DNA of 64,000 bases from Planctomycetota bacterium (GTDB lineage Bacteria > Planctomycetota > GCA-002687715), in NCBI GenBank assembly GCA_009691765.1, contig SIAO01000002.1, forward strand, positions 467 to 64,466, in the 5' to 3' direction. How positions within the stretch are numbered: the stretch's first letter is position 1; the number at the start of each line of letters is the position of its first letter. Positions 50,799 to 59,415 of the stretch are shown here, piece by piece. The notes beneath the pieces were generated by a model. It was not told where the DNA came from. It saw only the letters and a list, made by a program, of their open reading frames with translations, and made no database searches. The translations under genes and the position numbers were made by a program.

Positions 50799-52394
50799 TT
50801 AGGGTTGGATGCGCCAACCCTTGGCATCGCGAGTGAACGCTACGGTCAGCGCGTCGGCACCATTCAAGGTGAACTGCGCGCTGGCCTTGTCACCTTCGCA
50901 GCGCAGTCCGCCGAGTGCCAAGCTGGCTCCGGGCTGCACGCACTTGCGCGTGAGTTCCGCGAACTGGGCCCGTGCGGCGATGGTGTCTGCGCCTTCCGGC
51001 AACACCTTCAGCGCCAGCGACCAATCCGAGGACAGCAGCGCTGTGCGCCACACGCCAAACACGGAAGTAATCTGATCTTCGTCCTTGCCCTTGACGGCTT
51101 CGAGGCCGGGATCGGAAGTGATATCGAAGCTCTGTGCGCAAGCGGCAATGCGTGCACCATGTGCCGCCAATTGCTCGGCCCGGACGGCCCAAGAGATGAC
51201 GAACACTTGGTCATCACGCAGCGTGACGATGACTTCGCCTTCATGCGTGGTGCCATCAGCCGCGGCGCTGGCAACCTTGTAGACCACCGCAGCACGCCCG
51301 CTGGAACGCGTCACGCTTGGCGAGCCAAACGAGAAGCTCACCTTGCGGCCTGCGAAACTTGCCTGCAAGCGATTCAAGAAGTTGGCCGCGATCGGTTCGA
51401 GATTGGTTTCCGTCAGGCGCTCGGGGTTTGTGGCGCGTGAACGGAAGACTTGCAATTCACAATCGGCGAGCCCACAAGGGCCAGGCGATTCGGTGTCTGT
51501 GAAGGACACGAGTCCATTCGCACCCGCTCGCTCGCGGTGCAAGAACCACCCGCGCGGCACCATGATGCTGTAGCCGCCTTCCGCTTCGCGGTGCAGCGTG
51601 AGTTCGTGATTCGTTGTGGTTATCGGAGCAACAGCCGCGCTTCCGCTGGCCTCAGGATTCAGCGTGCTTCCGCCAGAGTTCGCAGCATTGCCGGGCGCAC
51701 CTGTGTTTGCTGACGTAGCTTGCGCCGTGTTCGTCGCGGCGCTGTTGCGACGGGCCCAAACTTCCTTCACGACTTCCTTCGGCACACTGTTGCGCGTTAG
51801 GCGCAGCACGCCGTCGATGTCGATGTCGTAGTGCGTGTCGGCAGCTTTGATACGGCGCAGCATCTCCTCCGCAGTGATGCCGCCAGCACTCATGCTCAAG
51901 ATGTCATCGAGAGTCACAGGCTGAGCCACAGCAGTGACGATTGCTGTGGTTGCTCCGCGCTCGCGCATGGCCTTCAAGATGCCCGGGGGCACGCCTTCGC
52001 GAATCAGTCCGATCAAGTCTTCGGCGCTGATGTCGAAGCGGCTGTTCGAACTGGCGATGAGCCCAAGCAGTTCTGCTTCGGGTAACCCCGCCTTCAACAG
52101 ATTCTTGACTTCGGCCAGCGTGAGTGCGACTTTGGCTGCTTTAGGCAAGCGGGCATTGAGCCACTGGAGTACGGGTTCCGGCAAGCCTTCGGTGCGAAGC
52201 TGCTGCACCGCCGCGGCGTCGAGCGTCACGCTGCCGCACTTGTTGAGCATGGCCAAAAGATCCGCTGCCGGAAGGCCTGCACCATGCAAAGCCTTGATCT
52301 CGTCGAGCTTCAAGGGATTGCTGACGCGCTCCTGCGCCAGCAGCCCAATCGTCGCGAGACTTGCAAGAAAGATAGAGAGGATGAAACGGTGCAT
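50799..52394 (-). CDS. secreted hypothetical protein with three tandem ~55-aa helical repeats
   Basis: ATG 52394 with signal 'ILSIFLASLATIGLLAQE'. Repeats start 'LKLDEIKALHGAGLPAADLL..', 'LTLAEVKNLLKAGLPEAELL..', 'VTLDDILSMSAGGITAEEML..'. The C-terminal half is uncharacterised. Confidence 0.7.
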   Translation of the reverse strand: MHRFILSIFLASLATIGLLAQERVSNPLKLDEIKALHGAGLPAADLLAMLNKCGSVTLDAAAVQQLRTEGLPEPVLQWLNARLPKAAKVALTLAEVKNLLKAGLPEAELLGLIASSNSRFDISAEDLIGLIREGVPPGILKAMRERGATTAIVTAVAQPVTLDDILSMSAGGITAEEMLRRIKAADTHYDIDIDGVLRLTRNSVPKEVVKEVWARRNSAATNTAQATSANTGAPGNAANSGGSTLNPEASGSAAVAPITTTNHELTLHREAEGGYSIMVPRGWFLHRERAGANGLVSFTDTESPGPCGLADCELQVFRSRATNPERLTETNLEPIAANFLNRLQASFAGRKVSFSFGSPSVTRSSGRAAVVYKVASAAADGTTHEGEVIVTLRDDQVFVISWAVRAEQLAAHGARIAACAQSFDITSDPGLEAVKGKDEDQITSVFGVWRTALLSSDWSLALKVLPEGADTIAARAQFAELTRKCVQPGASLALGGLRCEGDKASAQFTLNGADALTVAFTRDAKGWRIQP

Positions 52395-52550
52395 GACGGT
52401 GCTCCGGGGACGAAATAGTCGCCCTTGTGAGCACCTATCGGCCGGAACACGCCTCCCCTTGCATATTTCAGAGAAATTATTTCCCTGAGAGCAGGAAAGC
52501 CCGGGCCGCACGCCCAAAGGGGGCGACCCGGATCGGCTCAGCAACGCTGA

Positions 52551-52847
52551 TCAAGCTTCTTCGTCATCATCCTCTTCTTCTTCGTCGTCGTCGTCGTCGT
52601 CATCGTCGTCGTCGTCGTCGTCATCATCGTCGTCGTCGTCAGCATCCGTGTCATCGTCTGCATCGTCGTCGTCGAGGTCGACGTCATCTTCGTCCTCATC
52701 AGCCTCGTCGTCGTCGGCATCAGCCTCAGCAGCGTCGCTGCTTGGTGCATCCGCCTCGCCGGCATCAGCCGCCTTTTTACGACCCGCCAAGAAGTCCAGA
52801 TCCAAGTTCTCTTCCCACGAACCAGCCACCATGACTCGGTACTCCAT
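52551..52847 (-). CDS. hyper-acidic small protein with a poly-Asp/Glu tail
   Basis: 'MEYRVMVAGSWEENLDLDFLAGRKKAADAGEADA..' followed by ~65 residues that are almost all D/E, including a run of 21 Asp. Start ambiguous (GTG 52868, ATG 52847, ATG 52832). Confidence 0.55.
   Translation of the reverse strand: MEYRVMVAGSWEENLDLDFLAGRKKAADAGEADAPSSDAAEADADDDEADEDEDDVDLDDDDADDDTDADDDDDDDDDDDDDDDDDDDEEEEDDDEEA
52560..52735. repeat. imperfect (GAC/GAT)n trinucleotide tract (read as CGT/CAT on the plus strand)
   Basis: Directly visible runs 'cgtcgtcgtcgtcgtcgtcatcgtcgtcgtcgtcgtcgtcatcatcgtcgtcgtcgtc'. Encodes poly-Asp on the minus strand and a spurious poly-Arg ORF on the plus strand. Confidence 0.9.
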
Positions 52848-53036
52848 TGATACGCGTCGCCTCACCACGAGGCGCGCGGTTCGCGTTCTATCCGCCCCAC
52901 AGCAATCTCAAGCCCCCCACCCCCACCGACGCGGCGGAGTTGAAAGCCCTGCTGTCTCTTGGCAGCACCTGTCCACACAGGTTTTTCAATCTCACTTCGG
53001 CGAGCCGGACCCGGCTCGCTTCACTCGCTTCAGGCT

Positions 53037-53684
53037 TCATCCCTCCGGTCGGGAGGAGGTGATACCCGGCTCTTTGTCCGCAAGCAGCGCGCTGAGCGCG
53101 TCACCAATGTAATCCACCGTCACCTTGCGGTTGCGCGAATCATCGGTGATCGCACCGCTGTAACGGATCTTGCCCGTGGCATCGATGACATAGGTCGTCG
53201 GCGTGACCGCGGCACCAAACGTATCCGCGACCACATTGCCCGTGTCCACGAGGATCGGCAGTTTGATCCCATTAGCTTTCACAGCCTCGCGCAATTTGTC
53301 GAGCGCTTGCGCATCGCCGACTTCACCGCGATTGCTGGCGATGTGCACGATGACCACGCCCTTCTCAGCCCAGTCCTTGTCGTAGGTGGTGAAGCGCGAT
53401 TCATTCACTTTGCACGTCGGGCATGACGCAGACCAGAAATCGAGCACCAAGATTTTCTTACCCTTCAAAAGGTCCTTCGAAGTCTTGGTGCCTCCTGCAA
53501 GATCTGCGAGCGTGAACTCGGGCAGCATGTCGCCAGCGGCCAACTTCACGACCTTCACTGGAGCAGCTGACTTTTCCGGCTGGGTCACGGGAACCGGCGC
53601 TGGTGGCACCGCTTCAACAGGCTTCACAGGTTCTTGTGCAACGCTGAAGGCGCACAACAGCAGCAACAACATGCATCGAGTCAT
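53037..53684 (-). CDS. secreted TlpA/redoxin-family thiol-disulfide oxidoreductase
   Basis: Signal 'LLLLLCAFSVAQEP'; thioredoxin-fold active site 'FWSASCPTCK'. Confidence 0.85.
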   Translation of the reverse strand: MTRCMLLLLLCAFSVAQEPVKPVEAVPPAPVPVTQPEKSAAPVKVVKLAAGDMLPEFTLADLAGGTKTSKDLLKGKKILVLDFWSASCPTCKVNESRFTTYDKDWAEKGVVIVHIASNRGEVGDAQALDKLREAVKANGIKLPILVDTGNVVADTFGAAVTPTTYVIDATGKIRYSGAITDDSRNRKVTVDYIGDALSALLADKEPGITSSRPEG

Positions 53685-53769
53685 CGTCGTCTCCCGGCCC
53701 CTTCCGCAATAGCAAGATGAGCACTAATCTTGGCAGAGCGCAGATCCTAAGACATGAGAGCCCCAGAAA

Positions 53770-54216
53770 ATGTCAACAACTCGTAAAAATCTCGACGACG
53801 CCCTGAAGACCGCCATGAAGGCCCGGGACACCCTCACAGTGGAAACACTGCGATTCCTCAACGCCTCCTTGCGCCGCACCGAGGTGGATGAACGGCGCAC
53901 CTTGACCGAACCCGAAGTGGTTCAGTCGATTCAAAAGGGCATCAAGCGCATGAACGAGTCCATCGACGGAGCTGTTGCCGCGGGGCGTGAAGATGCGGCC
54001 GCACCGGAGCGCGCGCAGCGTGAGATCTTGCAGCGCTTCTTGCCACAACAGCTGAGTGAAGCCGAACTCATAACGATCGTCGAAGCGTCTATCAAGGAAA
54101 GTGGCGCAGTGCTGCGCAAGGAACAGGGCAAGGTGATGGCCGTGCTCATGCCACGCATCGCTGGTGTCGCCGACGGCAAGCTGGCGTCTCAGCTCGTGGC
54201 CGCACGGCTGCAATAG
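53770..54216 (+). CDS. GatB/YqeY domain-containing protein
   Basis: 148 aa. 'L..ALKTAMKARD..TVETLRFLNASL' and a C-terminal 'G..MG.VM' region typical of YqeY. Confidence 0.85.
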   Translation: MSTTRKNLDDALKTAMKARDTLTVETLRFLNASLRRTEVDERRTLTEPEVVQSIQKGIKRMNESIDGAVAAGREDAAAPERAQREILQRFLPQQLSEAELITIVEASIKESGAVLRKEQGKVMAVLMPRIAGVADGKLASQLVAARLQ

Positions 54217-54225
54217 CCAACGCTC

Positions 54226-55698
54226 TTATCTGCCGGGCAAGAACCACACGTCCCACAGGCCCTCGCGCCTCGGGACGATGCCTAGGCTCGCCAACCAGTC
54301 CTGCAAGCGTTGCAGATCAGCGCTCTTCTGCGCGCCCGGCGGCAAAACGGCCATGAGGGACGGGCGATGCGCAGCACCCGCGTAAACTCGCGCGTACGCG
54401 GCTGCATAGAACTGCGCTTCTTCAACGGTGTCGACCGCAGGGAACACGTGAGCCTGTGCGTAGTAGACCTGCTGAATCCAGAACGGCGCCACAAGTGCAA
54501 CGCTGTTTTCATCTTGGAGGCTCGGAAGGGCCTCGATGTCCCTGCGGAACTCGTCTGTGGCCCTGCCTTCCATGAGTGCAAGTGTGCTCAAGGCTCCGGG
54601 CAATCCAACGCACACGATCACTAAGAGCACCACAACGAGTCGGTGTCGCTCTAAGACCACATCCACCAACGACGCCCCTGCAATCGCGAAGAACAAGCAC
54701 AGCGGGATGGACCAGAAATCGTGATCGAGCGCATGGCGATGAAACAAGCCCACGTGCAACAAGGCCACCACGCCACTGAACAGCGCAAATGGTGCGAAGC
54801 GCCGCCCGTGCGGCACACTCAAGGTCCCGAGGCAAAGCACGGCGAGCACCAACGCTGGCAGCCCATACAAGTCGCGCAGAAAACCCCACTGAGCAACGAG
54901 AAAAGCTGCAAGCCCTGCTTCTGCTGGACGCTGCGCTCCCAATGCGGCTTGCAACTGTGCCGAGAATTCTTGCGTGCCACCGAGTGCCCAACTCATGTGC
55001 ACGAGATAGAGCCCGAAAGCGCCAACGCCGAGAAGCAGCAACGTCAGCAGCGCGCGTGTCTGCGTCCGAAAACTCCCCTGCGCCCAAGCCGCCGCCGCCA
55101 ACGCTGGAGCAGCCCAATAGAACGCCCAATCGAGACAACATCCGAGAGCGAACACAGTGGCGAGAACGGCGAAGCGTCCAACGCCCGCACGCCACCGCGC
55201 ATGCAAGATCCAGACGAGCAACAACCATGGCAACAACAGCGATTCACCGCTGGGAATGGAACCGTAATAAGCACTCATGGGCAGCGTGGCCCACACAAGA
55301 GTGCCCGTTGCGGCTGCGAGCGGTGTGGCGTGTTTGCGCAGTGCGAAAAAACACAGTGGCAGCGTGAGCAAGTTTGCGAGCAACGGAAACAAACGCAGTC
55401 CCAATTCGTCCGGCAAACCTGGAACAGACGCGCCAAGCCACCAAAGCCATGTCATCGGTGCAGGATGGCTGACATAGCGCACGCACTCGTCGAGTGTGCC
55501 TGGCCAGCCTTGCAACACAGGCACACCGCTGGTTGCAGCGAATCCAAACTCGCGAAAATGCTTCACCGCTTGGCCGGCGTACCAACTCGTGTTGATCCCG
55601 CGTCCGCCTGCTTCGATGGCTGCGCTGCAATGGTCCAGCCGCAACCACACTCCCGCGACGCAGGCCAGCGCAAGCACAGCCCACGCAGCGCGCGTCAT
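54226..55698 (-). CDS. polytopic membrane protein with a C-terminal soluble domain (possible GT-C-type glycosyltransferase)
   Basis: ATG 55698 overlaps the mutS stop (ATGA). The upstream 145 codons of ORF ..56133 are only an alternative frame of mutS. Multiple TMs, then a ~120-aa tail ending 'DVWFLPGR', as in 18176..19696. Confidence 0.68.
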   Translation of the reverse strand: MTRAAWAVLALACVAGVWLRLDHCSAAIEAGGRGINTSWYAGQAVKHFREFGFAATSGVPVLQGWPGTLDECVRYVSHPAPMTWLWWLGASVPGLPDELGLRLFPLLANLLTLPLCFFALRKHATPLAAATGTLVWATLPMSAYYGSIPSGESLLLPWLLLVWILHARWRAGVGRFAVLATVFALGCCLDWAFYWAAPALAAAAWAQGSFRTQTRALLTLLLLGVGAFGLYLVHMSWALGGTQEFSAQLQAALGAQRPAEAGLAAFLVAQWGFLRDLYGLPALVLAVLCLGTLSVPHGRRFAPFALFSGVVALLHVGLFHRHALDHDFWSIPLCLFFAIAGASLVDVVLERHRLVVVLLVIVCVGLPGALSTLALMEGRATDEFRRDIEALPSLQDENSVALVAPFWIQQVYYAQAHVFPAVDTVEEAQFYAAAYARVYAGAAHRPSLMAVLPPGAQKSADLQRLQDWLASLGIVPRREGLWDVWFLPGR

Positions 55699-58259
55699 GA
55701 TGCGCCGAGCTCTTTCAAGCGTTGCAGTTCTTGCAGAGCTTGAAGCGGAGTCATGCGCTCGAGGTCCATGGCCTTCAGTGCAACACGCAAAGCGTCCTCG
55801 GCGGGTGCAAACAAACCGAGCTGCTGCGCTGCGCCTGCTGCTTGCGCCGGCCGCGCGTGATCGCGCTCTAACTGTTCGAGGAGCAGTGTCGCTCGTTGCA
55901 CCACACCGCGTGGAACTCCCGCAAGACGCGCCACATGGATGCCGTAGGAACGATCCGAACCGCCTTCCATGATGCGATGCAAGAACACAATCTCGTCGCC
56001 CCACTCGCGCACCGCCACATTCAAATTGAATGCGTTGGGCAGCGCCGCGGCCACATCGATCAAGTGGTGATAGTGCGTCGCGAACAGTGTGCGCGCGTGC
56101 AGTGTGTTGGCCAGATGTTCGGTGATGGCCCAAGCCAGTGCGAGCCCGTCGAAGGTGCTGGTGCCACGTCCAACTTCATCGAGCACCACAAGGCTGCGCT
56201 CGGTAGCGCCATTGAGAATCGCTGCCGTCTCGAGCATCTCCACCATGAAGGTCGAGTTGCCGCGCGCAAGTTCGTCGCTGGCGCCGATACGCGTGAACAC
56301 GCGGTCCACCACGCCCACACGCGCCGAGGCCGCGGGCACATACGAACCCATTTGAGCCAGCACCACAAGAAGCGCTGTTTGGCGAATGAACGTGGACTTA
56401 CCCGCCATGTTCGGCCCGGTGATGAGCGCGACTTCGCGGCGACCACCGAGCAACTTCAAGTCGTTCGGCACAAAGGGCGCACCACCGAGCGCTTCCACCA
56501 CCGGATGCCGCGCTTCACGCAAATCGAGATCGCATGAATCGTCGATTTCGGGGCGCGTCCAGCGCCGCTTGCGCGCGGTCTCGGCCAAAGACTGCAACGC
56601 GTCGACACCCGCCACGACGAGCGCAGCTTGCTGAATCTGCGGCAGCGCTTCCAAACAACGTGTGCGCAAACGCGCAAAGTGTTCTTGCTCGCGCTCCAAA
56701 ATGTGAGCCTCGGCGCCAAGCACTCGCTCTTCTTCACGCTTCAGTTCAGCAGTGATGTAGCGTTCGGCGTTCTTCACCGTTTGCTTGCGCACATAGTCTT
56801 GCGGCACTCGCGCCGCGTGCACATGCGTAACTTCGATGTAGAAGCCGAACACTTGGTTGTAGGCCACTTTCAACGAAGGGATCCCACTGCGCTGTTGCTC
56901 GGCTGTCTGGTACGCCAACATCCAGTCGCGGCTGTTACCACCGATGGCGCGCAGTTCATCCAACTCCAAATCGAATCCGGCACGAATGAAGCCGCCATCG
57001 CGAGTGGTCGGAGGTACTTCGTCTTGCAGCGCCTTGATCAATACTGAACTCAAGTCAGCCAGATCCGGCAGGTTTTCGGCGGCGTTGCGCAACGGCGTCG
57101 AGTAGGCCTCTGCCAACTCCGCGCGCAGCTTCGGCAATTCAGCAAGACTGGAACGCAGCGACACGAGTTCGCGCGGGCCTGCGCGTCCCAGCGCAAGTCG
57201 CCCGATCAGCCGTTCCATGTCCTGCACTCCCGCGAGAGCTTTGCGCAGTTCTTCGCGGCAGTGGTCCTCGGCCACCAATTCCGCCACGCCGCTCTGACGT
57301 TCGCGGATGGCTGCGCTTTTCGCGAGCGGTTCAAGCAGCCAGCGCTTGAGCAAGCGCGCGCCCATGGAAGTGCGCGTCTCGTCGAGCAGTGCCAACAGTG
57401 AACCTTTGCGCTCACCATCACGCCGTGTGCTGACCAACTCCAGCGCTTGCACCGCTTCAAGATCCAGCACCAATTGCTCACCGTGCAGCACGCGCCGCGG
57501 AGGCTTCAAATGCGCGATCGCTCCCTTTTGCGTTTCACGCAAGTAAAAGAGCAACGCTCCCGCCGCACCGAGAGCTGCGCGCAATCCCGCAAGGCCGAGG
57601 CCTTCGAGGCGGCCCACGCGGAAGTGTTCGAGCAGCAAGCGCTCGCCCGCGTCTGCGTCAAAGCGCCATTCGGGCAGCGTGCTGCGCGGCCCATCCACGC
57701 CTTGCAGCAACGCCGCGCAAGCGTCGCCCGCATCCCGCACTGAATCCGGCAACAACAACTCACGCGGTTCGAGGCGGCGCAGAGCGTCTGTCGTGCTCGC
57801 CGCCGCACACTCTTCCACGCGGAACTCACCCGTGGACAAATCCACGGTGGCGATGCCTGCGACGTCGCTGAGGAGCACCAATGCGCACAGATGATTCGCG
57901 TCGCGCGCGTCCAAGCCGCCTTCTTCCACCACCGTGCCCGGAGTGATGACTCTGGTGACAGCGCGTTCGACGAGGCCTTTCGCTTCGGCAGCGTCTTGCG
58001 TCTGATCGCAAATGACGACTTTCTCGCCCATGCGCACCAGCCGATTCACATAACCATCCATACTGCGCACAGGCACGCCTGCCATCGGAATTGCGCCTTC
58101 GCCCTTAGCACGCGATGTGAGCGTGAGGCTGAGCAGCACCGACGCACGTTCTGCGTCTGCATGGAAGAGCTCGTAAAAATCTCCCATGCGAAAAAAGAGC
58201 AGGCCTTCCGGGTGCGCGGCCTTCGCCGCGAAGTACTGCTGCATCATGGGAGTGGTCAT
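55695..58259 (-). CDS. mutS: DNA mismatch repair protein MutS
   Basis: 'TPMMQQY...K......LLFFRMGDFYE' mismatch-binding N-terminus, Walker A 'GPNMAGKST', 'LVVLDEVGRGTSTFDG'. Confidence 0.97.
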   Translation of the reverse strand: MTTPMMQQYFAAKAAHPEGLLFFRMGDFYELFHADAERASVLLSLTLTSRAKGEGAIPMAGVPVRSMDGYVNRLVRMGEKVVICDQTQDAAEAKGLVERAVTRVITPGTVVEEGGLDARDANHLCALVLLSDVAGIATVDLSTGEFRVEECAAASTTDALRRLEPRELLLPDSVRDAGDACAALLQGVDGPRSTLPEWRFDADAGERLLLEHFRVGRLEGLGLAGLRAALGAAGALLFYLRETQKGAIAHLKPPRRVLHGEQLVLDLEAVQALELVSTRRDGERKGSLLALLDETRTSMGARLLKRWLLEPLAKSAAIRERQSGVAELVAEDHCREELRKALAGVQDMERLIGRLALGRAGPRELVSLRSSLAELPKLRAELAEAYSTPLRNAAENLPDLADLSSVLIKALQDEVPPTTRDGGFIRAGFDLELDELRAIGGNSRDWMLAYQTAEQQRSGIPSLKVAYNQVFGFYIEVTHVHAARVPQDYVRKQTVKNAERYITAELKREEERVLGAEAHILEREQEHFARLRTRCLEALPQIQQAALVVAGVDALQSLAETARKRRWTRPEIDDSCDLDLREARHPVVEALGGAPFVPNDLKLLGGRREVALITGPNMAGKSTFIRQTALLVVLAQMGSYVPAASARVGVVDRVFTRIGASDELARGNSTFMVEMLETAAILNGATERSLVVLDEVGRGTSTFDGLALAWAITEHLANTLHARTLFATHYHHLIDVAAALPNAFNLNVAVREWGDEIVFLHRIMEGGSDRSYGIHVARLAGVPRGVVQRATLLLEQLERDHARPAQAAGAAQQLGLFAPAEDALRVALKAMDLERMTPLQALQELQRLKELGAS

Positions 58260-58313
58260 AGGCGCCGCGCTGTCACCCTAAGGCGCGCCCCGTTGCGGTC
58301 AAGCCGCCACAAA

Positions 58314-59042
58314 CTAATCGCGCGGCGGGCCGTTGTAGGTAACCTGGCAGGTTGGGGTTTCCCACACGCACACTTCATGGAGCGGCAAGTCCTTCAACTG
58401 CTCCCAGATCCACACCGCCATGAACTCCGCACTTGGATTCGCAATAGTCTCGTTGATGTAGGTGTGATCGAGAACCTTCACCACGCGCGTCTCGACCGGG
58501 CCTTTGAGTTGATGGAAGTCGAAGGCCATGCCGCTCCAAGTGTCGAGGGGCGCCTTCACAGTGACGCGCACTTTGAATGTGTGCCCGTGCAGGCGCTCGC
58601 ACTTGCCGTGGTAACGCGGAAGGTTGTGCGCAGCGTCGAAGGTGAACTCACGCGAGATCAGCATCGTCGTGCCCGTAGGCACCACGACCTCACGACCTAC
58701 TTCAGTGAGCTTGACCTTTGCCTCGCTGCTCGTGGGTAGTGGCGCCAAAGTCGCGAGCTGCTCGAGCTTCGATTCGAGAGCTTCGCGCACTCGTGCAAGG
58801 GACGGCTCGCAAAGCAACTCAGCGCGCAAGGCCACCAACCCATCCACCCAACCCGCGATCACGAAGTGCCCGGGCTCGCTCGCAGCGTACAAGCGGCAGT
58901 TCGACGCCTCACAGTGGCGCTGCATACCTGCAACTAAATCAGCAGCAACATGGTCTACTGCAAAGAGTTCTGGAACAGCCGCTCTGCATGGTTCGCCCCC
59001 GGCCGGCGCAAGAGTCTTGGGATTGTTGGTGTGCTGAGTCAT
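58314..59042 (-). CDS. 6-carboxytetrahydropterin synthase (QueD/PTPS)-like protein with a ~110-aa N-terminal extension
   Basis: C-terminal 130 aa: 'FTFDAAHNLPRYHGKCERLHGHTFKVRV', 'LDHTYINE', 'NPSAEFMAVWIW'. ATG 59042 (MTQHTNN..) is preferred; the ORF is open to 59234. Confidence 0.78.
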   Translation of the reverse strand: MTQHTNNPKTLAPAGGEPCRAAVPELFAVDHVAADLVAGMQRHCEASNCRLYAASEPGHFVIAGWVDGLVALRAELLCEPSLARVREALESKLEQLATLAPLPTSSEAKVKLTEVGREVVVPTGTTMLISREFTFDAAHNLPRYHGKCERLHGHTFKVRVTVKAPLDTWSGMAFDFHQLKGPVETRVVKVLDHTYINETIANPSAEFMAVWIWEQLKDLPLHEVCVWETPTCQVTYNGPPRD

Positions 59043-59415
59043 GGCTTGGCAACTTCGTGAGGGGTCAAGGGTAGCCCCGCGCATCGGCTCGCCAAAGCCA
59101 GCGCCAAGGCGCGGTTGACCCTCATCACAGAGCCCCCTACAATCCGCGCCCCACCGAAAGGCTGGTCCGAACTCGCGGAAGCATGGGTTCCCATGGGTTA
59201 CATGAGCGGAAATGCACAACTTCACAGTGTGCATTTCTGGAGATTCATGCAGCCGTGTGGAAGCCCTGTGCTGACAAGGGGATCTGCGCGGACCACTATT
59301 TCGGGTTTACGGCACCGCGTTTGCGGTTCTGAAAGTGTCCTGCTGGTTATTCGAGTCTGGTGGCTATCGCACACCTGCGTGTGATGGCGCTGACATAGAT
59401 GGAGTTTCGGGTCAA

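Noticed and set aside
52427-52834. Poly-Arg/His ORF ('RRRRRRHRRRRRRHHRRRR') on the plus strand.
   Set aside because: It is the complementary-strand reading of the (GAC)n tract. It has no start context, whereas the minus-strand acidic ORF has an ordinary N-terminus.
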